Source of the DNA: Macrostomum lignano
Lineage: Eukaryota
Assembly (NCBI GenBank): GCA_002269645.1
Contig: NIVC01001168.1
Span: 1-20,066 of the forward strand
Direction of reading: 5' to 3'
Length of the DNA: 20,066 bases
Below the pieces are notes generated by a model. The model was not told the origin of the DNA, did not search any database, and worked only from the letters and a program-made list of their open reading frames with translations. The translations under genes were made by a program, and so were the position numbers. Below are positions 1 through 9,643 of the stretch, one piece after another (position 1 is the stretch's first letter; every line of letters begins with the position of its first letter).

Positions 1-412
1 GGGGTAGAAGCTGCTCAAGCAGTGCAGTGTTGATGCGGTCGGGATTAGGGCTCTGTATAAAAGGGTAATCCTAATAGTATTGCTGGGATTGTTGTTGGGG
101 TTGACAGCGAGGCTGATAAGCTCAGGGTGGATATTATCGAAGTATTGATTAACACTGGATACTTTTTAAGGTATTCTTGTAAGCAATAGCTAACCCTCTT
201 CTGCAGTCTGGTATGTCATATCTAATAATGGCATACCCTTGGACATAGAACTTGTCGTTATTTTTGAGCTCAGTTTCTGAGAATAGACCAATGTCAATAT
301 TTTCATTGTGCAACCACATAATAATTTCATGCATTTTGTTGCTAAGCGAATTACAATTAAGATGCCCAATAACCAGGGTGGAGTTAGGAGAATTTTTATT
401 ATAAAAAGCCAT
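1..412 (-). pseudogene. LINE ORF2 N-terminus, apurinic-type endonuclease (Exo_endo_phos), frameshifted
   Basis: MAFYNKNSPNSTLVIGHLNCNSLSNKMHEI...DIGLFSETEL...QGYAIIRYD...RRGLAIAYK fits the APE motifs (N-x-N-S-L, D-I-x-x-x-S-E-T, G-x-A-I). After the TAA at 149-151 a shifted frame reads NQYFDNIHPELISLAVNPNNNPSNTIRITLLYRA, and a second shift gives PNPDRINTALLEQLL, the expected continuation. Confidence 0.88.
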
Positions 413-437
413 AATTCAGATAATTTTTTGTATTTGC

Positions 438-1693
438 TCAGGGCACGGATCCACCTCCGCTCACCGTACTGGCTTCAGCTTCACCTGCCCTAGCTGCAGT
501 TCCAGCAGGATTGAGGGCAATCGCCAGAGCCTCCATCACTGCCCGAATAGCAAGCTGGCTGGCCTTTGAGATGAACCCCTCTCACCGATTACAGCAGCAG
601 CATGGGCAGCAATGGATTGTTCAGCAGGCGCAGAGCTGCTTGAAGGTGTGCAGTCTGCTTGACCATTGCGGGCGCAGAGCTGTCAGCAGGAGATGCAGTC
701 TGAGCAGTCGTCTTGTCAGATTGGGCGACAGCAGCGGCAGCGGCTCGATTCGAGTAGATAATTGGACCGAGTACAGGCTTTGGTCGTGCCATTGCAGCGT
801 ATGATGGGCCTGGGACACCAAAAGTCTCAGCCAGAGTCTGACTACCTATCCTATCATCCTGACTAGTGCCTACTTGTTCGATCGGTCTAGTTTGATGGAA
901 TTTAGATTTAAGTGCCTGAATGCACTAGTGAATGCACTAGCCTTTGCTCCTGGAGAAGAGTCTGATGAGCGGCGTAGGTTGCCCCGTCCTCTGGGCTCCA
1001 TCGAATTGCAAGTGTGCATAATTATCGTCGAGGTATACCAAGAGCTCCTCGGCTTTCACAACGAGAGGAACTCCCTTGACAATGATTGATTGTACGTTAG
1101 GTGATTTTAGTGGCTTTCGCAGCCTGTCATCGGCTTGGTGACGCGGCCTGTTTGATGGCAGGCGTCTTGTGACTGTTTGTCCATTAATTTCATTGATTTT
1201 CAGTGGTGTTGTTAGTAAATTATTCATTTCTTGTGGAGTGTTTGTAAATACAAAGTACCCTGAGCTGTGGTACAATTTTTTGACCGACATTATGCGAACG
1301 TTGGGAAAATTAGCTTTTAAAAATTGTTCAAATTTTATTGGGTTCTTGGCCTCTACGGGCATCTCGAATACCACCGGCGTAATTTTAGTTAGTTTAGAAT
1401 GAAGTGTCTTGGTTTGTCTGGGTGAGGAAGGGTGGTCCGGTAGGCCTTGGAATCCCACCGCTATCACCAGTGTAGTAGCTGAGCTTTTGTTTGCTCGGGA
1501 TAGGTGGACTGCTGTCGTCCCGGACAACCTTAGCGAACACTCTTGTGGGGGCTGAGACTGGAGAGAAATCTAAAATTAAGGGTAGTGCTGCCACCAGCGT
1601 GGGAACCGTAGGATCCGCAATGAAGAGGGCTGATTGGGTTCCACGCAAATAAATAACGCTAGAACAACTAGCCTCAGATATTTCAATATCCAA
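438..1693 (-). pseudogene. LINE ORF1 (gag-like) remnant
   Basis: Pieces in three frames: MDIEIS...TRVFAKVV (1693-), ...SIIVKGVPLVVKAEELLVYLDDNY...GQPTPLIRLF (PRE_C2HC-like), the same frame through two TAGs at a 12-bp duplication (925-939) to GPSYAAMARP, then FISKASQLAIRAVMEALAIAL...GSVP* ending at TGA 438-440. Confidence 0.72.
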
Positions 1694-2049
1694 ATGACAG
1701 GACTCAATGGTAGCAAATGCCCTGAGCGGCGCAGTCCTGGCACTGACAATGTCCGCGCTTGAGCGTGTCTGAGTTTAGCTCTCAGAGGACCCCTAACTTC
1801 TACTATCCTAATAGCTACGACTCGCGCATATGGGCGGCGAGGAATAGGTCTATGCGCCTGAAGCAGCAATAGACTCACGCTAACTAAGCTCTCAGCTATT
1901 TCTTAGAATCGCGCACGAGTGCTGCGACTGCACACTCACTCTCACTCTTATTCGCGCCTGTGTCGCAAATAGACTACAGCAGAATGGCTTCAGCTAACTG
2001 ATTTCCTGCCAAATAGGGTAGGCTGGAAACCAGAGCTATAGCACAGCAA

Positions 2050-2177
2050 TTCTCTACCGAGACCTGCCCAGGAGCGTGCTTTCTGCTTGAGCGCTGCAAT
2101 GCTCTACCAAGACCTGCTCAGGAGCTTGCGGCTGCTTCTTAGCGATGCTTTGCTCTACCAAGACCTGCTCAGGAGCA
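2050..2177. repeat. Three ~51-bp tandem repeats (core ctctacc(a/g)agacctgc(t/c)caggagc)
   Basis: Cores start at 2052, 2102 and 2153. The minus strand encodes APEQVLVE twice and APGQVSVE once. Confidence 0.9.
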
Positions 2178-2834
2178 TTTGCTTCGCTGTTAACCAGCGC
2201 TGAGGCGCTAGACTTGGAGAAAGCTCTCGACAAGTCCTCACGAGGCGGTTCTGAGGAGAAATCAGACAGATCGGCCTGCATTCATTAATATAGAACGCGG
2301 AGGGTGGAGCGTTTGGGCATTCCGTGGCTTGACCATGAAACTGCAGCCGAAAAGTGCGGATAATGATGCACAACAGCTATTGATTAAACTGATTAAAAAT
2401 TGAATTAAAAAGTAGCTTGTACGAAGCGCCGACAGAAGCTTCAAGCCACCAGTGAAAATAGCATGCCAAATTTGGGCTTGTGTGCACAAGGCTGCACGTG
2501 AGGGAGGGTTCAGCTCGGGACACCCTCGCGAAGCCCTCAGTCTAAAAATAGAATAACGCATGGGGAGAGGCTCGGACGCAGGAGGAACGAGAGAGCACCT
2601 AACGGTCGTGGGCTAGCCAGACAATCCACTAAACAAAAAATACGTGGCTAGCTAGTGAGTCCTCGTGTGGACCCACACAGGCTAGTCCTTGAGAGTCCAC
2701 ACAGTGCGCATAGTGATAGTACGCTAGATATGACAAGGAACGCTGCTATTGGTCCGTGTGGGCTAGGGTAGGCTGGTCGAGTGTACCCGCGGACGGGAAT
2801 GAGAAGTCTGGGAATTCTCTGAGTGCTAAAAATT

Positions 2835-2896
2835 GGTCGGGTGGCCAGTGGGCCTGACTTGAAATTGGAAGGTTTGAGGTTCGAATCCTGCTAGAC
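2835..2896 (+). other. Degenerate tRNA-derived sequence (SINE head or tRNA-Ser(TGA)-like pseudogene)
   Basis: A-box-like tggccagtgg (2842-2851), anticodon-loop-like cTTGAAA, and a perfect B box GGTTCGAATCC (2878-2888). D-arm, acceptor and T stems pair poorly, so not a functional tRNA. Confidence 0.6.
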
Positions 2897-4600
2897 AAAA
2901 TGTTATCTTAATGTAAATATTGTGCGTATAAAAAAGCAGAACATGCAGAAAAGCAGAAATTAGAATTTGAGTGAACAAACGTTAAATTATGGTAATGAGG
3001 ATTATTATAAGGATTAGAGGATTGCTGGTTTAAGTGATGAAAATAAACGTATTAGAAAAGTAGTATCGAAAGAGCCAATAGCCTAAACTAAGATGCACAG
3101 GGAAGGCCCCTTGCGTGCACCCGCTCGCAGCTCACACTGCTGCTAATATCAGCAGTAGTCTGAAGGGTAAGCTCAACCGCCTGCAAGTTAGCGATGTGGC
3201 AGTCCATTAGTGTAGCAGTTGCAGGCCTAAAGTAACTCTCATGAAGTCATGGACTCATGGTCTCTATTTTATTGGCTTGTTTATCTTTTGACACGGTGTG
3301 AGTCTAGCAGTGCTAATATTAAACACATAGTAATCTTTTGTAACACTTGGGGTGAAGCACATTTAGTTCCTGTCATATTTATTGTCATTGAAGTCGAAGA
3401 TCAATTATATACCGGTACCGTATTGATGTATCGTATTTTAAAAAAAGTAGATTCTTTATTTGAAAGTTTAACTGTTGTGCTACCTTTGATACATTTTTTC
3501 TGGTACAAAAGTCTTCAATTTTAAATGTATTGTGATAAAACTTAAAAACTCTCCTGCTTCTATCATGAACAAGTTATAAAATCTTAAAGTAAGTTTAGTT
3601 TTGTTAATGTTTTACCGTAGCTGTTGACAACAGGAACTAATTACCTTTTTTATTTAATTGAGGTGGGGCGGAGAAAGTTTTGATTGTAGGTGGGATTGTC
3701 CGGTGGTCGCTTGATTTAATGTCGAGTATGAGCGGCTCAGGCCTTCGAATCGGCGCCGTCGTTAATTCGCACAGATTAAATCCGGAAAATTCGTGTGGAC
3801 GAATCCCAATTGAAATGTCTCGCAGATACTCCGACTGCCGGGGTCCTCAATCCTGGGGGGAGGGTAGTTTTAGTCGTAGGCGAGCGGTCTTCGTTGGCGC
3901 GAGCGTTCAGAGCGGGTCCTCAGACACCGAATTTAACGTATCTCGTATGCTTGACTTAACTTGTTACTAACAGTAGAGTTGCGCTGACACCACCGTAATT
4001 TTTGCGTATTACGGAACGTTGGGGTCTCAGAGCTTGCTTTGAGATGAGACTGGGTTGTTTTACGCCCCACGGGCAAATGCCCGGTGTTGAAAAAATAATC
4101 CGGCGGACACTGATTCGTCAGCCTCCAACTGATATGTTTAGGTATAAAGTGGTCTGAGTCCGCCAGACCCAGATTTCAAGCTCACGGCGGATCTGAATAG
4201 GACTCTCATCTTTCGATTTTTCATCTGACTACTATAAGTAAGCAGTTAAGCATTTGTGCCGAATTGTGGAATTTAATTTCTCGAGGATATTTTATTTTTT
4301 TGAAGATGTTGACAAAGGAAGTAATGGTTACCATACATTGTGAATAAATTAGAACGTCAGCTCCATTTTAATAATGTAATAACTGATTATAACTGATTAT
4401 AGTATTACTGTGGCTATAGTATTAAACACGAAATGAACACGATAATCCCATATACTAAAAATGAAAATCATACACTAAATGCAAAATACAAGATAGAAGT
4501 ACAAATACAAATACAAAATACCATTTACGAAATCGCAATTTGCGAAATACAATTAGGCAATTTTAAGAAACACGTAGTGTCATTCGTTGGTTCAGTAACT

Positions 4601-6848
4601 TCAGTACTCCATATCTGATTCGTCCTCACAGTTGAACTCATCATCACTGAGGATGCGAGGCCGAGCTATCTTGACGTTGCTCTCTTTTCTTGTTGATCTT
4701 GCACCGAAGGTTTTGCGGCGAGCCTTGGGCACTTGAGCAGTAGCGGAGGCCGCGGAACTGGAGGTGGCAGAGCTGGAAGTGGCTGCAGACGCTGCGGCTA
4801 ATTCCGTGGCCACCTTTAGCCGCTTTAATTTGGCTTCATTCCGCTCACTAGCATGCCTTAGGACGGCAATTATTGCCGCCTCAACCTGTTTTTCCGTGAA
4901 CACGACCTTCTTCGTGACAGGATCTGGCGGAAACATGTCGGCCACGGCGTCTGAGAATGAATTAGGGAGGCAGAACTTTAAATTTTTATAGGGTGTGAAG
5001 TTTATAATTTCATACTGCCTACTTTAAGTAAATAGTAGAGTAGAGTAACAGATTTTACCTAAATGTCTTTTCTTTTTCTTTCTTCCTTTTCTGCTTTTTC
5101 ATTCAGTAATACGCTCATAGGTTTCCTAAATTTCTTGTTTTTATATTTGATTTTTTATACTTAAGTAAGCAAGCGTCAGAGCGGGAATGGATTTGGACAA
5201 TAAATAAAGCAAGAGTATAGCCACAGTACTCTTACCTATGAAAACTTGCTTGGCATTCTCAAAAGCAAGTTGGTCCTCTATCATTAGGCAGCCCAACACT
5301 TCCGTCCGGCATTTCTCAAGCATGCCTCGGCCACTCCAGTTCACAACGACCTGCATTCGTGGCGCTAGACACTTATTCATCATCCGGCGGACCGTTTCCG
5401 ACAGCGTATCGCACCGGCAACTTAACAGATGAGGCCCCTGTTAAAATACGGTTTGAGGAATAACTTATAAGTGTACTACTCGTAGTAGTAGTAAGAGCTA
5501 GTATTACTGAGTTAAAATAACTGTATTATTGCAAAGGGAAAGGGTATTAGCTTATGATAGTTAATTCGATCTAGCTCGTACATAAGGCCAATGGTTGCAA
5601 ATTAAATATAGTTGCAAAATAACGTAATACTGCTTACAAGGCTAGACTGCAACTGCCTTGATGAGACAAACTTGATGTACTCCGCCCAGGAGTCTATAGG
5701 CTCGAAATGTGGACGGTGTTGCTGGTAGTTGTGCGACTAGCAAATGAAGCTGCGATGCCTTCGAGGAGGGGCAGCATCCGATCCTCTAGCTGCTTGATGC
5801 GACGAACTGCGTCGCAACTGCGGCGAGCAGCCAGCATTGTTAGATGTGCAACATCACTTGCCGACTCTGCGTCGATTCCGACACTGGACAGGTACTGACG
5901 AATGTGAAGCACTGCAGCTGGATGGAGCCTGTCGATGCCGCAGTCGCCATCTAAGCCTTCACCGTCGACGCTTCGCGGTGTGTACGTCGGCTTTGGCGTC
6001 ACTGAATCAGCGCATGGTGTCGGCGTAGGCGCTGCTGTGAGTGTCGGCGTAGGCGCTGCTGTGAGTGTCGGCGTAGGCGCTGCTGTGAGCGTCGGCTTAG
6101 GCGCTGCTGTGAGCGTCGACGTAGGCGCTGCTGTGGGCGTCAGCATAGAAGGTACCGCCGGCGGCGGCGCCACCACAGCTCTTGGAGTCCCCATCTCACT
6201 TGTCGCACCAAGCCTTGCTGGTAGCAATGCAGTGTTGAGCGCTGGAAGAGCTACTGGTTCCGCATTGAGCGACGTTGAGGCGGTTGGGCGCCCCGACTTC
6301 CGAAGCCGCCGATCGGTGCTGCTGTTTTCTTCGTCGGCTGACGTAGCAATGTACTGCATGGGTTGGAGTTGTAGATGTATGCTTTAATCTTTCGATTAAA
6401 AAGTATTAATAATTTCTGCTTGCTAACCGCTAGTAGTTAGACATGTAGAATATTTACTTAACTTATTAAGTCGACAAAGTAGATTCTAGCTTACCTTCAT
6501 ACTGACGAAACGGTTCCTTCCGCCCTTGTTCACACGTGGAACCGACCGAAGAATTCCTTCCACGCTTTTCTTCTGCTCGATTAATTCTCTAATGAATTTA
6601 ATTGTGGGGTCCGTGTCCGTTTCAGCATCCAAGACAACTTGCAAAACGACTGCGGAATACCAGTCGTCCTCATACTCCGCTCGGATTTCTATTTGCTCCT
6701 CGCTATATCGGTTCTCTTCGACTTCACCAAACTGCTCCCAGTCGTCTCTTGTGAAGTCTTGGAACTCTCCTAGAGAGACGCTGTTGCCAGATAACTCCAG
6801 TACTTGTTTGTCCGGCATGAAGAACACCAGGAATCGGATGCCTTCCAT
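4601..6848 (-). CDS. Four-exon gene, ~540 aa DUF4806/BEN-like domain protein; one 1-nt frameshift in exon 2
   Basis: Exons 6848-6495, 6353-5638, 5437-5236, 4950-4601. Donors AAG|gtaagc, CTT|gtaagc, ATAG|gtaaga; acceptors atgcag|, tttaacag|, ttctcag|; phases 0, 0, 1 all match. Spliced C-terminus: FEPIDSWAEYIKFVSSRQLQSSLGPHLLSCRCDTLSETVRRMMNKCLAPRMQVVVNWSGRG...AFENAKQVFIDAVADMFPPDPVTKKVVFTEKQVEAAIIAVLRHASER, the DUF4806 pattern (TVRRM, NWxGR, AF, IxxxLRHAxxR). The exons total 1622 nt, one short of 541 codons. Confidence 0.8.
6018..6141. repeat. Five 24-bp coding tandem repeats, (PTPTLTAA)x5, in exon 2
   Basis: Unit tgtcggcgtaggcgctgctgtgag at 6018, 6042, 6066, 6090 and 6114. Confidence 0.95.
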
Positions 6849-7451
6849 TGAGATTCAAGTCAAAAAGTAATTGAATTGAATAGAAATGGGTGGAAATGGG
6901 ATTTTGATGCCTGTCTAGACCAGACGACGGTCTAAGTCTTGGTTATATGTTCTAAGAGTCAAAGTCAAAGCCATCTCTGCAGCCAATAGAAATTCTTCCT
7001 TACCTCTTGCCTGCCTCCTATTCCCTCCCGTCCCGCTCCGGCGCTCCCCAATCCTCTTGGCTCTCAATCCTCTTCTTCCTTCCTGTCCTGGGCCTTTCGT
7101 CACATTCATTCCGAGAAGGGTTTTCTTCAGTAATAATTGAATCAACTCGTATTGAATTGAGTTGTATTATCAAGCAACAAATTTGTGATTTTTTATTCGA
7201 ACAAGAACTTCTAAACAATGCCCAAACGAAGAAAAACTGAAACTGATTCAAATTCAAGTAGGCATTTCAGAACTTTTTCTCGGAAAGCCTTCTCCAGAAA
7301 ACAGAAAATTTTCTTTAATACCTTCTAAAACTTTTAACAACTCACACCCGCTCCTGTTATTCTTTCTTCGATTCTGTAAGGCAAGCAAAGTTCATTTCAA
7401 TACTGCGTAATCTGGACACAGCCACATTTGCTATAAAGGAGGCTTGATCGG

Positions 7452-7628
7452 CAGGGGCGTAGCCAAGGCGGGGGATCATGACCCAGCCGGCTAATCCAGG
7501 CCAAATTTTCGAAATTTTCGAGCACCCCCCTCTTCCGTCGCAGAGGCCTAGCACCCCCTGCCCCGGTTGCCGCTGTGAGCCTGTTACTGTGACCCCCTCC
7601 GCAGAAGAAAATCCTGGCTACGCCACTG
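7452..7628. mobile_element. 177-bp MITE with CAG(G/T)GGCGTAGCCA TIRs
   Basis: Left end caggggcgtagccaagg; right end reverse complement cagtggcgtagccagg. Flanks atc-gg / atccgg could be a 6-bp TSD with a 1-nt indel; there is no clean 8-bp TSD. Confidence 0.75.
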
Positions 7629-8134
7629 ATCCGGATTTCGTATCTTCAGTTTCTTTTTTTCAGAGTTCCGTGGGACAGGAAAATCATGAATGAATAGATG
7701 AGATTATCTAACCCGACTTTTACCATTATTCCAGATCTGGGGTCGGCAACTTTTTTACCTCCAGGGACTTCTAGAGCTAGCACTTCTGATGCTTTTTTAG
7801 GAGTCCATGTCCAGGGCCAGATAAAGAATTCAGCTCATGGCTGTGGGCCATATGAGAGTGGAAAGGAAAGAGAATAAGGGAGAGGCTATGAGTTAGGGTT
7901 TGCAATCCCGGGAACTGTCAATAGTCGATTTTTAACGTATCAAAACCAATATTTATAGCCATATCTAGCTATTTCTATATATTTTTATAGCCATATTGTA
8001 TTCATGGTCTCTGAACCCTTGGCCTATAAATCAAACAAAGAGGTTCGAAAAAAAGCCTTTTTCTTATCGGGCGGGTTGTAACCCCGAGACCGCTGAGGCA
8101 GAGGAGGCAGCTGTCTCGTTGGGGTGGTGGGGCA

Positions 8135-8347
8135 ATAAAATGTCGGAAGGATTGAGAGGCTCAAGAGGCCTTGTTTTACTCCTCCACAGGAGTTGGTCGT
8201 TGGTCCCTTGCAATTCAGTTCGAAATAAAATTGATACATGCTACCCCACCAACACACTGCCCGCGTGTTTGCGATTACGGCGATCAAACAGGCCTTTGAA
8301 ACGATTCCTTCTCTGTTCCAACTCAGTATCCCATACTCCCATAAAGT
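8135..8347 (-). pseudogene. Possible degenerate reverse-transcriptase fragment (RTE-like LINE)
   Basis: LWEYGI...LIAVIANTRAV..G...F...GVKQG..SLSILPTF resembles the RT segment LxEYGIPxKxIxLI...F...GVKQGCxLSPxLF. Spacing is imperfect. Confidence 0.4.
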
Positions 8348-8409
8348 AAACAAACATATAACTTTAACCTAGATATTAGTTCAGTTCTAGCGGCTAGACT
8401 ACTGGCTTC

Positions 8410-8762
8410 AAGAGATGAGTGAGAAGAAAGGAGATAAAAGAGGAGAGGAGAGGAGAGGAGAGAGGAGTGGAGAGAGGAGAGGAGGAGAGGAGAGGAGAGG
8501 AGGAGAGGAGAGGAGAGGAGAGGAGGAGAGGAGAGGAGAGGAGAGGAGGAGAAGAGAGGAGAGGAGGAGAGGAGAGGAGAGGAGAGGAGGAGAAGAGAGG
8601 AGAGGAGAGGAGGAGAGGAGAGGAGAGGAGGAGAGGAGAGGAGAGGAGGAGAGGAGAGGAGAGGAGAGGAGGAGAAGAGAGGAGAGGAGAGGAGGAGAGG
8701 AGAGGAGAGGAGGAGAGGAGAGGAGAGGAGGAGAAGAGAGGAGAGGAGAGGAGAGAGGAGAG
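8410..8762. repeat. Polypurine (GAGAG/GAG)n low-complexity tract
   Basis: About 350 nt that are almost only G and A on the + strand. Confidence 0.97.
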
Positions 8763-9643
8763 CGGGATAACTGAGAACTTGAGCGGGCCGGACTGCCATT
8801 CCAAAGTATCTAAGGACCCAAGGGCCGGATGAAGAGGTCAAAGTTTGCCCTCCCGTTCTAGATTAATAAATACATTCACGAACGTATCGATGCGTCTGTG
8901 TTCTCATGACAGTTTTAGTGTCACTAGATCATCCTAGTTCCTTCTATCTTTCTGAATAGTGAATCCCCGACCCCGAGTCAGTGGGAAAACTCCAGCTGGG
9001 CGCCCACATCCACCTACAAATATTCTCACCACATAGTTCTTTGCGATCGTCTTTTACAACTCGAAGTCAAAACCCTGTGGGCATGTGGTATGAAGCTCTG
9101 AAGTCTGAATGTAGAAACTGGAGAATCGTGGAGATTGATTGGCTGTGCCTTAATTACACACGGCTGATAGGAGGCACCAGAGTCCAGACCACGGAGAAAA
9201 CTCAGATCTGGTTCAACCTTATTTCAATTTACTGCTTTTTTAAAGCAAATATATTCTCAACATCTCACTGCTCTTTACACTACTGACTGCTCTTCGAATG
9301 TTTCGAGCTCATCTCAAAAATCGTAATTGACTGCCTCTCCAGTTTCCCAGATTTTTTATAGTGAAAATGATGAAGCGCTCACTGGCCTACACAGATAAAA
9401 TTTTGCTTCTTTCGATCAAACAAACCAGCTTACAACCCTACTGTCCAATGACTCAGGGATCATTGGTCTTGCAAAAAGGAAAAGTGTTAAACAAACTTAA
9501 AATATTTGAAACATTTTGAGCCTTTAAAATTAAAGGGTTAAAAGTACGCATTTTTCAGAACAAGCAAAAACATCAAATTTTACGTCATGCCAGGAGGCTT
9601 CTCTTGTGTGCAGAAATACTCGTAGAAACATTTCTGTTGCAGA

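Larger units (their letters stand above)
1..1900 (-). mobile_element. Non-LTR retrotransposon (LINE, Jockey/I group), 5' portion, degraded; continues off the left edge
   Basis: A gag-like ORF1 remnant (1693->438) is followed 26 nt later by an ORF2 start (412) with APE endonuclease motifs. The 5' boundary is not defined and may extend to ~2830. Confidence 0.85.
7737..8855 (+). mobile_element. Non-autonomous hAT (Charlie/Buster-like) element with nested insertions and an internal GA tract
   Basis: Left end ctggggtcggcaactttt; right end gcgggccgga...agggccggatga...aaagtttgccctcccg. Flanked by 8-bp ttccagat (7729-7736) and ttctagat (8856-8863), a 7/8 match that fits the Charlie NTCTAGAN target preference. 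Confidence 0.78.

Noticed and set aside
3660-4230. GC-rich block with a 96-aa plus-strand ORF and protein-like minus-strand frames; CTGACGA at ~4110 (minus strand)
   Set aside because: Many stop codons, no recognisable domain, and no GAAA partner for a hammerhead.
5707-6870. Plus-strand ORFs 5707-5898, 5837-6028, 5935-6387 and 6526-6870
   Set aside because: Antisense shadows of the GC-rich DUF4806 exons and the 24-bp repeat.
8323-8841. Four overlapping ORFs (Leu/Ser-rich and Glu/Arg/Gly-rich)
   Set aside because: Translations of the GAGAG repeat, which contains no stop codons; no coding signal.
9532-9541. piggyBac-like end AAAGGG|TTAA
   Set aside because: No matching TTAA|CCCTTT end found; too short to support alone.
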